Assembly: GCA_041650255.1 (NCBI GenBank)
Contig: JBAZLL010000001.1
Coordinates: 100,531 to 164,530, forward strand
Source of the DNA: Candidatus Micrarchaeia archaeon
Lineage (GTDB): Archaea; Micrarchaeota; Micrarchaeia; Anstonellales; Anstonellaceae
Direction of reading: 5' to 3'
DNA: 64,000 nt
This document shows, piece by piece, positions 53,649 to 61,730 of the stretch. Under the pieces are notes generated by a model. The model ran no database searches. It was not told the origin of the DNA and was given only the letters and a program-made list of their open reading frames with translations. Every line of letters begins with the position of its first letter. Position 1 is the first letter of the stretch. A program made the translations under genes and the position numbers.

Positions 53649-54197
53649 ATGATTTGCAAAAAAACAGTCGGGGAAAAATTTGCGTTCGCAAAGAGAGGAC
53701 AGGCATCAGTTGAGATAATGGTATATCTGGGCTTTTTCATGCTAATGTTTGTTTTCTTCTCCCTATTTATCATCTCCGATTTTAACAACGAAGTACAGCA
53801 AAGAAAATTTTTGATGGCAAAAGAGACTGCAAACCAGATTGCCGATTATGCAAATTTTGTGCTTGAGGCAGGTCCCGGCACGGCCGCCAACTTCTCAATT
53901 CCAAGCAACATAAACGGCAAGGATTACAATTTGACTTTTACAAGCTCCGGTTGGATGTATGTAAATGTGCAGGATGATGATGTCGGAATGATATCTTTTC
54001 CGCATCCGATCGGGTATAAAAATTACCGAATGGGATGCCTGCATGAGCCCCAATGTCCAAAAAACTTTGAGAGGACTTACGTCGATCTATTCGCCCCCTA
54101 CACTGTTTATTCAATCTACGTGGTGGACGGGCAAAAGGGCTGGTTATATCTAAATTACTCTTCCGACAAATTCGGGGAGAGAATAGAGGTGGGATGA
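53649..54197 (+). CDS. type IV pilin-like protein
   Basis: ..FAKRG|QASVEIMVYLGFFMLMFVFF. Confidence 0.65.
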   Translation: MICKKTVGEKFAFAKRGQASVEIMVYLGFFMLMFVFFSLFIISDFNNEVQQRKFLMAKETANQIADYANFVLEAGPGTAANFSIPSNINGKDYNLTFTSSGWMYVNVQDDDVGMISFPHPIGYKNYRMGCLHEPQCPKNFERTYVDLFAPYTVYSIYVVDGQKGWLYLNYSSDKFGERIEVG

Positions 54198-54835
54198 TGA
54201 AATTTCTAAAAGGGCAATACTTTTCATTTGATGCCATCATCGCCACGGTGATATTTGTAATGGCGCTCTCGATTCTGTTTAATCACTGGTACGCGGCACG
54301 CTCGCAAATGGACGAGCAGGGAAATTTTCTCCAGTCCGAGGCGCATCGCATATCAAATATATTTTTGGGTGTCGGAGACTATTCTGTGAAAAATGTTAAG
54401 GGCAATTACTGGTATCAATATCCCGACGATGCGCTAAGAGCAGGCTTTGGAGAGAATGGCTCTTTTATCGGGCATTTGCATTTCAAGAGCACTGCGGACG
54501 GAACTCCTGGCTATGATCCGATTTATGCGGCCCAAAACTATATTGGAGTGAAGAATTCCCCCCAATACGACGCATCACGCTCTTTGATTGCAACGTCTGC
54601 AAATTATTATGCCACGTTTGAGTTGGGGATTGAAAATCCAAAAGATTATACTTCTCTGTTTTTCGGACCGGCATCCTATATCAGCACTGCGATTGGAAAG
54701 GTCCCGCCAGCAAATGCAGAAATCGCAAAAGTGGTTCGCCCCATCATGATAAAAGACATCGGATATAAACCGCCTGTTTATTACGCCGGAAACATGACTG
54801 TTTATGTGTGGAAAGAGGATGCAAGAGGGTCTTGA
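54194..54835 (+). CDS. type IV pilin-like protein
   Basis: MMKFLKG|QYFSFDAIIATVIFVMALSILF. 4-nt ATGA overlap with the upstream gene. Confidence 0.65.
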   Translation: MMKFLKGQYFSFDAIIATVIFVMALSILFNHWYAARSQMDEQGNFLQSEAHRISNIFLGVGDYSVKNVKGNYWYQYPDDALRAGFGENGSFIGHLHFKSTADGTPGYDPIYAAQNYIGVKNSPQYDASRSLIATSANYYATFELGIENPKDYTSLFFGPASYISTAIGKVPPANAEIAKVVRPIMIKDIGYKPPVYYAGNMTVYVWKEDARGS

Positions 54836-54850
54836 ACAAAAATAGAAAAT

Positions 54851-55822
54851 TCAATTCTGTATTTTTTCTTCCCATTTTTTCGGCAATGGTTTTCCAATCC
54901 AGTCTTTCATCTTAAGCTCAATCGCGGTAATCGGGCTTATTCCGTTTGGTATCTGCCCAAGCCCGAATCGGACTGCCGCCGATTCCATGTCATCAAATAC
55001 GACTGTCGTTCCCTGCGCGCTCACAACTATTTTTGATTCGTCAATTTTGATATTTTCAATTTGAGGGCGCTTTTCCTCAAATGGCTCAAACACAAGACGC
55101 GCTCCGCTTCCGATGTGAAGCTCACCATTTCTTCTAACCCCGTTTTCAATTCCAACCTTCATTCCTTTTTTGAGCGATGTCGCCAATCCGGGGCTGTCCC
55201 ATTTCACAACCCTGATTCTGCCCGTCCCATCTTCAATTTCAAACGCGCTCATAAGCGCTTTTTGCGCCCCGCCATCAAGCTTGGTCTGACCGCGCGAATA
55301 TTCAAAATCCCCATGCACCTGCGTTATCTCTCCTTCAAAATTTGCATATGTAGTGCTTGAGTTTAATTTTGCCCTCGCACCCTTTTGCAATATTTTTATT
55401 TCCCCGCCCTGCATTAGTGCAAATTCCCTGCCCCGCATTCTCATCGGTCCGATTTGCACTAAATCCCCGATTAGCACCTGTTGTTCAATCTTTTTTCCAA
55501 GCTCGTCGTAGCAGGCGATAATGAAAGTGCCCGTTTGGTCTTCAACTTCAACGCGCTGAGTGCGGGAAACCGATGCGCCCCTCTCAAATATTTGCGGTAC
55601 AAAAACCCGTTTTATGCGCACGTGCAAAATTGACGGGCTTGCTCTTGCTTTTGCCTGCGCAATGGTGCAGACTTGTGCCTGTGTTCCGAATTTTTCAAGT
55701 GAAAGAAGATATCTGGCAGTTTCATCAGTGATAAGATAATGGTATTCTTGCAATTTTTGCTTTATGCCCGCGTTGATTTCTTCCAAAGAGAGCACTGAGC
55801 TTAATTGATCATTTTCTGCCAT
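54851..55822 (-). CDS. RPA-like single-stranded DNA-binding protein (multiple OB folds)
   Basis: VEDQTGTFIIACYD and IEDGTGRIRVVKWD, the OB-fold 'D.TG.I....W' pattern of archaeal RPA. Confidence 0.55.
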   Translation of the reverse strand: MAENDQLSSVLSLEEINAGIKQKLQEYHYLITDETARYLLSLEKFGTQAQVCTIAQAKARASPSILHVRIKRVFVPQIFERGASVSRTQRVEVEDQTGTFIIACYDELGKKIEQQVLIGDLVQIGPMRMRGREFALMQGGEIKILQKGARAKLNSSTTYANFEGEITQVHGDFEYSRGQTKLDGGAQKALMSAFEIEDGTGRIRVVKWDSPGLATSLKKGMKVGIENGVRRNGELHIGSGARLVFEPFEEKRPQIENIKIDESKIVVSAQGTTVVFDDMESAAVRFGLGQIPNGISPITAIELKMKDWIGKPLPKKWEEKIQN

Positions 55823-55865
55823 CGCAAATTATAACACTCTAAAGCTTTAGAAGCTTTTGAGATTT

Positions 55866-56864
55866 CTAAATTCTGATTTTTGTTTTTTTCTGCACCTGCT
55901 CAAAAAACAGCTCTTGCGCAAGCGAGAGCGCATCTTCAAGTTTTTGCGGGTTTGTGCCCGTGGCTCCTGCGGCGGTCGGATGACCTCCTCCGTTTCCGCC
56001 CAAAAATGCGCCCACCTCGGCCATTATTTGCGGCAAATCAACATTTGCAATGTACTTTTTTTTCATGCGTGCCGAAATTCCAACCCATTCTTTGGAAAAT
56101 GAGCCTGCAAATGCGCAATCCGCGCCGGAGCGAATAAGTGTGTCCGCGACATGGGATTCACAAGAGGTGGCAGTTGTGCTTGCACAAATTATTTCCCCTC
56201 GTTTTAGAATGGAGGAATTTTTCACTCCTTCAAGAATGGCAATTCTGCTTTGTGCCGGTTGCGGCATGTGCATACTCTCAACAATATTTTCAAACTCCTC
56301 ATCAGTGCATTCATTCAATTTTGAGAGCGCAGAAAATGTGCCTGCATTTGCGTGTAGCAAATGGTTTGAGTCTGACACAATTCCATATATCAGCCATTTT
56401 GCCTGCTCTCTATCTGGTTTTTTTATCAAAAGAGAAATCATCTCGCAGACAGAGCTTGCCTGGGGATTTATCCACATACTTTTTGCCCGCGCAGAATCTG
56501 TGCCAAGCGCATGATGGTCAATTAGCAGTTCTGCATTTTTGCCTTCAAGCGAGGGAAGAAGGGAAATGTCATTGCAATCAAGCAAAATGATTTTTGCGTC
56601 CGGGAATTTTTTTATGGCATCGGAAAACAGCACGATTTTTTTTGCGTCCGCCCCAAGCACCCTTTTGCATGCGGAATTTATCCTGTCTTGCATTGCGACA
56701 ATTGCGTTCTTTCCAATATGGTTTGAGAGTGCAAGCGCACCCGCGCACGCATCCAAATCCGCAAGCGAGTGAAAAGTGATGACGCATCTTTTTCCTTTCA
56801 GGGATGCGAGTGCATTCCTTACCTTGGACGGGGGCTTTTGAGAATATTGAGAATATATTGCCAT
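55866..56864 (-). CDS. DHH/DHHA1 phosphoesterase (RecJ/GAN- or NrnA-like)
   Basis: FHSLADLDACAGALAL, LLDCND, LIDHH, GGGHPTAAG. Confidence 0.85.
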   Translation of the reverse strand: MAIYSQYSQKPPSKVRNALASLKGKRCVITFHSLADLDACAGALALSNHIGKNAIVAMQDRINSACKRVLGADAKKIVLFSDAIKKFPDAKIILLDCNDISLLPSLEGKNAELLIDHHALGTDSARAKSMWINPQASSVCEMISLLIKKPDREQAKWLIYGIVSDSNHLLHANAGTFSALSKLNECTDEEFENIVESMHMPQPAQSRIAILEGVKNSSILKRGEIICASTTATSCESHVADTLIRSGADCAFAGSFSKEWVGISARMKKKYIANVDLPQIMAEVGAFLGGNGGGHPTAAGATGTNPQKLEDALSLAQELFFEQVQKKTKIRI

Positions 56865-56927
56865 ATGGCAGGATAACCGCCAGCAGGCTTATTTATCTTG
56901 CGCCGATGAACGGCAAAAAGAAGAAAA

Positions 56928-57278
56928 TTAAGATGGCATGGTTGTTTCTTTTTCCAACACACTTCTCAAAGAGTCAAATTTTGATTTCATCTGCTCTTCC
57001 TGCTTTGCAATGGTTTTTTGCCTTACATCAAAAATCTCAAGTTTTTCATCAATGTCTTTTTTCGCCTTTGCCACATCTGTCGGCACAAGCAAATTTCCAA
57101 CTGCCTGATATACTTCGCCTTTTGCACCTTTGAGGGCCTCTTGCGCCATTGTAAGCTCCTCTATTTGCATTTGCATCTGCTGGCGTTGTATTCCCAATAT
57201 CTGCATCTGCCTTTGCATTTTTTGAAACTCCTGTACCTGTGATTGAAGCCTCTTTGGGTCACGAATAGGTTCTGCCAT
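56928..57278 (-). CDS. pfdB: prefoldin beta subunit
   Basis: Two coiled-coil helices flanking the beta-hairpin EVYQAVGNLLVPTD. The ATG at 57278 is preceded by AAGGTGAT. Confidence 0.8.
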   Translation of the reverse strand: MAEPIRDPKRLQSQVQEFQKMQRQMQILGIQRQQMQMQIEELTMAQEALKGAKGEVYQAVGNLLVPTDVAKAKKDIDEKLEIFDVRQKTIAKQEEQMKSKFDSLRSVLEKETTMPS

Positions 57279-57376
57279 TAATATCACCTTGTAGTTATTT
57301 CTCGTTTTTCCTTTTTATAATGTCTTACTCGTTTCTTATGTCTCATCTTCCACTTGCAAATACAAAAAACAAGCAC

Positions 57377-57407
57377 GGGCGGCTCGAGCCGCCCGAACGT
57401 TTGGTTC
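57377..57407 (-). terminator. GC-rich palindrome GGGCGGCTCGAGCCGCCC plus GAAC-GTTTG-GTTC, followed by TTGTTTTTTGTATTT on the minus strand
   Basis: Lies between the stop of the 72-aa gene (57470) and the prefoldin promoter TTATAAAAAGG. Has intrinsic-terminator shape. Confidence 0.55.
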
Positions 57408-57469
57408 GGATTTGTATTTTTGATATTTTATTCGGAGTATGTTCTAATCTTTTTCCCTTGTTTTTATCT

Positions 57470-57688
57470 TTACACCGTGCTGTCCAGCTCTTTGAGCATT
57501 TCAGCCGCCTTTTTCACGCTATATTCAGCCGTATTTTTCGTTTTTTCATCCTTGCAATCTATTTTCACATGCAAAATTTTGCTCTCTGCTTTGCAGGAAA
57601 TTTTGCAGTCTGCAAACTCAAACAATTTGCTTGAAAGGGTTTTTGCGCCCGCCTGAGCACATTTTTTAGAAGAGAATTCAATATCCAT
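57470..57688 (-). CDS. small protein, possible KEOPS Pcc1-like subunit (assigned mainly by position)
   Basis: 72 aa between the Brix and prefoldin-beta genes, where Pcc1 sits in the archaeal superoperon. The sequence match itself is weak. Confidence 0.35.
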   Translation of the reverse strand: MDIEFSSKKCAQAGAKTLSSKLFEFADCKISCKAESKILHVKIDCKDEKTKNTAEYSVKKAAEMLKELDSTV

Positions 57689-58199
57689 TTACATCCCAAC
57701 TTTTTCCCCATTTATATTGTGCTTCAAACGTGTCTGTTTTATCACAGCTTATTTTCAGCCCATTTTTCTTTGCGCAAATGCAAATTTCATAATGTTCTTC
57801 ATAAATATCCGAAATCAGTTCATCTGCAAGAGATAAAAATTCAGCGAGCTTTTTTTCCTCTTCGCTTTTGAAAATTATCTTTATCGGCAAATCCGTTTTG
57901 GGGGCATCCGCAATTTTTTTCACTGCGCTTATTTGGATGCAGTTTTCATCCCAACGCCAGCCCTCTTTTCCCAGGGCATATTTTGCAATAATCGCATTCT
58001 TCTCTTTTTGCATAAGCACAAGAATGCAATTTTCTCCCTTCTTTTGCGCCAGTTCCGCCATCCTCTCAACGGACCTGTCTGAGCGTGGGAAAAACGTTGC
58101 CCCTGCAATTGAGGATGCGATGTTTTTTGCAATATTTTTTATCTGCAACGGGCAATTTTTTGAGCAGGTGATAAACATAAGATAGCCTTGATGGTTCAT
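57678..58199 (-). CDS. Brix-domain (Imp4-like) ribosome biogenesis protein
   Basis: MFITCSKNCPLQIKNIAKNIAS..FFPRSDRSVERMAELAQKKGENCILVLMQKEKN. Confidence 0.6.
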   Translation of the reverse strand: MNHQGYLMFITCSKNCPLQIKNIAKNIASSIAGATFFPRSDRSVERMAELAQKKGENCILVLMQKEKNAIIAKYALGKEGWRWDENCIQISAVKKIADAPKTDLPIKIIFKSEEEKKLAEFLSLADELISDIYEEHYEICICAKKNGLKISCDKTDTFEAQYKWGKSWDVNGY

Positions 58200-58263
58200 C
58201 TGTTTTAATGCTTGTGTTTTTTATAAAAGAAGTTTTTGACAGGTAAAAGAATAAAGAAAAAAT

Positions 58264-58395
58264 TTAATCGGTGCCGACTTCTTTTGCAATTGGCTGGCGG
58301 GTTTTGTAAACCTCACGGCAGCCGCAGTGCGGGCACCTTGTAAATTTGGGTTCAAGGGTGTCTATTGCTTTTTTGCATTTTGCACAAGTGTACAT
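58264..58395 (-). CDS. rpoP: DNA-directed RNA polymerase subunit P (Rpo12/RpoP)
   Basis: MYTCAKCKKAIDTLEPKFTRCPHCGCREVYKTRQP (CxxC..CxxC zinc ribbon). Confidence 0.8.
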   Translation of the reverse strand: MYTCAKCKKAIDTLEPKFTRCPHCGCREVYKTRQPIAKEVGTD

Positions 58396-58399
58396 TTGC

Positions 58400-58648
58400 T
58401 CACTTCTTCTTTGTTGATTTTGCCTTTTGCTCCTTGAGCATGCGGTCAAACACTTCGCCCGTCGGGGTGCTTAGCGCATATGCGCCTCCTGCATATACAT
58501 ATCCGCCTGCAGATTCCCAAAGCGAGTGTGAAACTCTTCTTGTTTTCTTTCCTGTGCGCGGGCACGGATATTTTGCGCATTTTGCCGCGCGAATAGTGCC
58601 TGCTCTTTTTCTTAGTTCTGCTCCGCCTCTAACATTTGGTCTTGACAT
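58400..58648 (-). CDS. rpl37ae: ribosomal protein eL43 (L37Ae), zinc ligands mostly lost
   Basis: GTIRAAKCAKYPCPRTGKKTRRVSHSLWESAGGYVYAGGAYALSTPTG. Confidence 0.8.
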   Translation of the reverse strand: MSRPNVRGGAELRKRAGTIRAAKCAKYPCPRTGKKTRRVSHSLWESAGGYVYAGGAYALSTPTGEVFDRMLKEQKAKSTKKK

Positions 58649-58659
58649 ATTAATACCTC

Positions 58660-59445
58660 TTATTGGCCAAGAATGGCCCTAAGCTCTTTGCCTTTGTTAA
58701 ATGATATATCTACTAGCTCCAATATATCCTTTTGGGTGAAGCCCGCTTTGCCGCTTTTCTGCCCGGCGCACATATATTCGGGTGTTACTGCCACCGTGAG
58801 CAGGCCGTCTGCGCCTGTTTCCTCTGCAAAATTGGGGTCCAGCAAAAACGATTCATCCAATTTTGCGAACGTGCACGAGGTGACAATTGTTTTTATGTCA
58901 AGGTTTCCCTCGTATTCGCCCCTGATTATTTTGCCATCTTCAATTTTTGGCATTCTTGTGTTTTGCAATGCGGCAACAGATGCAAGCGTTGCGGCATCAA
59001 ACAAATTCCCGTCGTAATCCAGAATCCACAAGTCAAGATAAAGCGCTTTCACTTTTTCCTGCCCTTCAAGCGCAAGGCTTTTGAGATCAATCATCTCGGA
59101 TGAGCGAATTCCCCTGTCCACAACTCGCGCAAGCTCTATCGCCTCAACTCGCGGTGGGCCCGGTTCAAAATGCGGTGCGCCAATAGGTGTGAATTCAGCA
59201 CCAGTTGAGAAAACTCCCTCGTCTGGTCTGTCCGGGAACGGGGTTGCCAAATCAACCTTTATCGCCGCTAACACCTGCGTTTTTCCCATTCTGCAAATAG
59301 CAGAGCCTTCCGCATTGGGAATGCAGTCGCGTTCAAGTTCAATTGACCTGTATTCGTATTTTTGCCTTCCGTCAATTCTTTTTCCCTGCTTGAGTATGTT
59401 TTTTACAATCTCATGGTTGAGCTCTTTTTGTATTTCCATTAGCAT
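58660..59445 (-). CDS. rrp42: exosome complex subunit Rrp42
   Basis: KQGKRIDGRQKYEYRSIELERDCIPNAEGSA. RNase PH-like. Alternative ATG at 59439. Confidence 0.85.
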   Translation of the reverse strand: MLMEIQKELNHEIVKNILKQGKRIDGRQKYEYRSIELERDCIPNAEGSAICRMGKTQVLAAIKVDLATPFPDRPDEGVFSTGAEFTPIGAPHFEPGPPRVEAIELARVVDRGIRSSEMIDLKSLALEGQEKVKALYLDLWILDYDGNLFDAATLASVAALQNTRMPKIEDGKIIRGEYEGNLDIKTIVTSCTFAKLDESFLLDPNFAEETGADGLLTVAVTPEYMCAGQKSGKAGFTQKDILELVDISFNKGKELRAILGQ

Positions 59446-59448
59446 CAC

Positions 59449-60213
59449 CTAAATTTTTTGCGGCTCAATGTTGAGCTCAAGTTTTGTTTTGTGCTCCGAG
59501 TCATATGCTCCTTTGAGCGCTTCAACCTGCAATTCATGTATTTTTGCAGATGCAATTTTTGCCATCTCAATTCCGTGTGCCACTTCTTCTTTTGTTAAAA
59601 GCCCATCCATCTGAAATAGCAATATCTCGCCGGTCCTTGCCGAAAATGCCATCGGATTATCTGACTGTCCGAAGTTGTCCTCATCCTTTGAGAGGTCAAG
59701 AACTATTTGCCCGTTTAGCTTTCCAACCGCAACCGCCGCCACCATGTCTTTGCACGGAATGCCTGCGTCTGCAAGCGCAACCGCCGCTGCCGTGAGTGCC
59801 GCGCATCTTGTTCCGCCGTCTGATTGAAGAACGTCAATGTAAATGTCAATCGCAGTCTTTGGAAAAGTTTCAGCTATCACTACATTTTCAAAGGCTTCGG
59901 AAATTACTTTTGACAACTCCTGGCTTCTTCTTGAAGGTCCGCTTCTTCCATGCTCCTCCAGTGAGCAGAATGGCGCCATGTTATATCTTGCGCGAACCCG
60001 TGCCCGATATAATGATTGGTCATGGCGTGGGATACATTCCCTCGGGCCATAAACGCCTGCGATTATTTTGTTGTTGCCCCACACCACAAGTGCGGAGCCG
60101 TCTGCATTATTTAGTACGCGAGCTTTTATCGCAATCGGGCGAAGCTCGTCCAGCTCGCGTCCATCCATGCGTTTTCCATCGTCGCGGATTAATTTTTTAT
60201 TCGAAGAACCCAT
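59449..60213 (-). CDS. rrp41: exosome complex exonuclease Rrp41 (RNase PH-like)
   Basis: RDDGKRMDGRELDELRP..ADGSALVVWGNNKIIAGVYGPRE. AGGTGA lies 5 nt before the ATG at 60213. Confidence 0.9.
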   Translation of the reverse strand: MGSSNKKLIRDDGKRMDGRELDELRPIAIKARVLNNADGSALVVWGNNKIIAGVYGPRECIPRHDQSLYRARVRARYNMAPFCSLEEHGRSGPSRRSQELSKVISEAFENVVIAETFPKTAIDIYIDVLQSDGGTRCAALTAAAVALADAGIPCKDMVAAVAVGKLNGQIVLDLSKDEDNFGQSDNPMAFSARTGEILLFQMDGLLTKEEVAHGIEMAKIASAKIHELQVEALKGAYDSEHKTKLELNIEPQKI

Positions 60214-60218
60214 TATTT

Positions 60219-60965
60219 TCACCTTTGGTAATTGTTATGCCTTCTGTATTGCGGGCGTGAATTTGAGTATTCTCTCTGCCCATATTGTTCCTGCTGGCCC
60301 TGTCCCTCGCCGTTTGTTTGCGCCTGATTCATATTGGAATCGGCGCTTGGGGGGACAATTGATTTTCCGGTCTTCTCACTCAAAAAGTGCGATACTCTGT
60401 CAGTGAGCCCCTGTGTGTGTGCAAGCGCTTCAATCATTGAAATTGCCTGCACTGCCAAATTGTAATTTCCATCGCTTGAAATGAACACAAGTCCGTTTCT
60501 TCCGACAAGCATTCTGCATCCGCTTGCCTGTGCAATCATGTTTATCATTGAATTTTTCTTTCCGATAAGGCGCGGAACTTTTACCGGAGAAATTTTGTGC
60601 AATATGCCATCTTTGAGCGAACGCACATCTCCAAGCTCCATTGAACGGACCTCGTCAATTTTGTTTATGCGCACCATTACAATCTCTCCAAGCGAGAGCT
60701 TTGTTCGCATCTCCCTTGACGAGAGAAACGCGCGGTACGGGCTTGCGATGTCAATATCATATCCGCCAAAGCGAACTTCGGCGACAAAGCCGATAACATA
60801 ATCGTCCTGCAAAGGCTCGTACGGGCCTTCGAGCGGAATGAGTTTTCCTTCCTCGGACAAAAGGCTGATAACAGTTGCAAATGTGCCTTCACCATCTGTA
60901 TAAGTGTATGCCATTCGCAATGGTTTTTGTGCAACCTCAACTCCGGGCACAACTATTTTTGCCAT
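60219..60965 (-). CDS. rrp4: exosome RNA-binding subunit Rrp4 (S1 + KH) with Q/N/Y-rich tail
   Basis: IVVPGVEV.., S1-like VIGFVAEVRFGGYDIDI, KH-like LIGKKNSMINMIAQASGCRMLVGRNG. Confidence 0.85.
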   Translation of the reverse strand: MAKIVVPGVEVAQKPLRMAYTYTDGEGTFATVISLLSEEGKLIPLEGPYEPLQDDYVIGFVAEVRFGGYDIDIASPYRAFLSSREMRTKLSLGEIVMVRINKIDEVRSMELGDVRSLKDGILHKISPVKVPRLIGKKNSMINMIAQASGCRMLVGRNGLVFISSDGNYNLAVQAISMIEALAHTQGLTDRVSHFLSEKTGKSIVPPSADSNMNQAQTNGEGQGQQEQYGQREYSNSRPQYRRHNNYQR

Positions 60966-61030
60966 AAATTTTTCCTCACATAAATCCTGGGTGTAAGCAC
61001 CCGAAAGATTTTTTCTAAATGCAAATTTGT

Positions 61031-61723
61031 TTATTCAATTACTTTTGTCTGGGCGCTTGCGCCAGTTGCCTTATTCAGCTTGTCATAAAATTCGCTTGCA
61101 AGTCCGGCGGGAATAGTTATCGTGCACACAAGGCTTCCATCCTTTGTCCATTCTTCTTTTTCTATCCCCTGATTTTTTAGCATACCATAAATTCTCTTGG
61201 CATATTCGGGGCCGACTTTAACCGCGATTTTTCTTTTTGCAAGCTTTATCGGCAGGCTAAGTTTTAGCGCGTCAAGCACTTTTTCAACCTGCTCCGAAGC
61301 GTCTTTTAGTGGGTCAATATCAAGTCTGATATTTTCCATCGCATTCTCAATTCGTATAAGCGGATGGGGAGCGCCCGTTCTTGGGTCAGTCGCCTCCCTT
61401 GCGATAAGGGCGGCAATCTGTTTTCTTTTCTGCTCAACCATCTTTCTTTTCTGGTCTGTAGTAATGGCGATATGGCCATCCTTTAGAATCCTGATAGTTA
61501 TCTCGAATATGTCTTGTGTACCAAATGCTTTTTGCAGGGAAGAGCTTTTATGCCTTTCCCCCTTTTTTGCATCTTTAAACACTTCCTCTACGGCGAGGAT
61601 ATTGTTTATGTCCTTCTTTTGACCCATCCGATACATAAGAGACAAATCCGGGTCTACCAGAATTTGAAAAACTTCCCCGTCAATTTTCATTTCGGCGGTT
61701 ATCGCCTTGTCAAGATTGCCCAT
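61031..61723 (-). CDS. SBDS/Sdo1 ribosome maturation protein
   Basis: FQILVDPDLSLMY.., VEEVFKDAKKGERHK, QIAALIAREATDPRTGAPHP. Confidence 0.85.
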   Translation of the reverse strand: MGNLDKAITAEMKIDGEVFQILVDPDLSLMYRMGQKKDINNILAVEEVFKDAKKGERHKSSSLQKAFGTQDIFEITIRILKDGHIAITTDQKRKMVEQKRKQIAALIAREATDPRTGAPHPLIRIENAMENIRLDIDPLKDASEQVEKVLDALKLSLPIKLAKRKIAVKVGPEYAKRIYGMLKNQGIEKEEWTKDGSLVCTITIPAGLASEFYDKLNKATGASAQTKVIE

Positions 61724-61730
61724 TGTTTCA

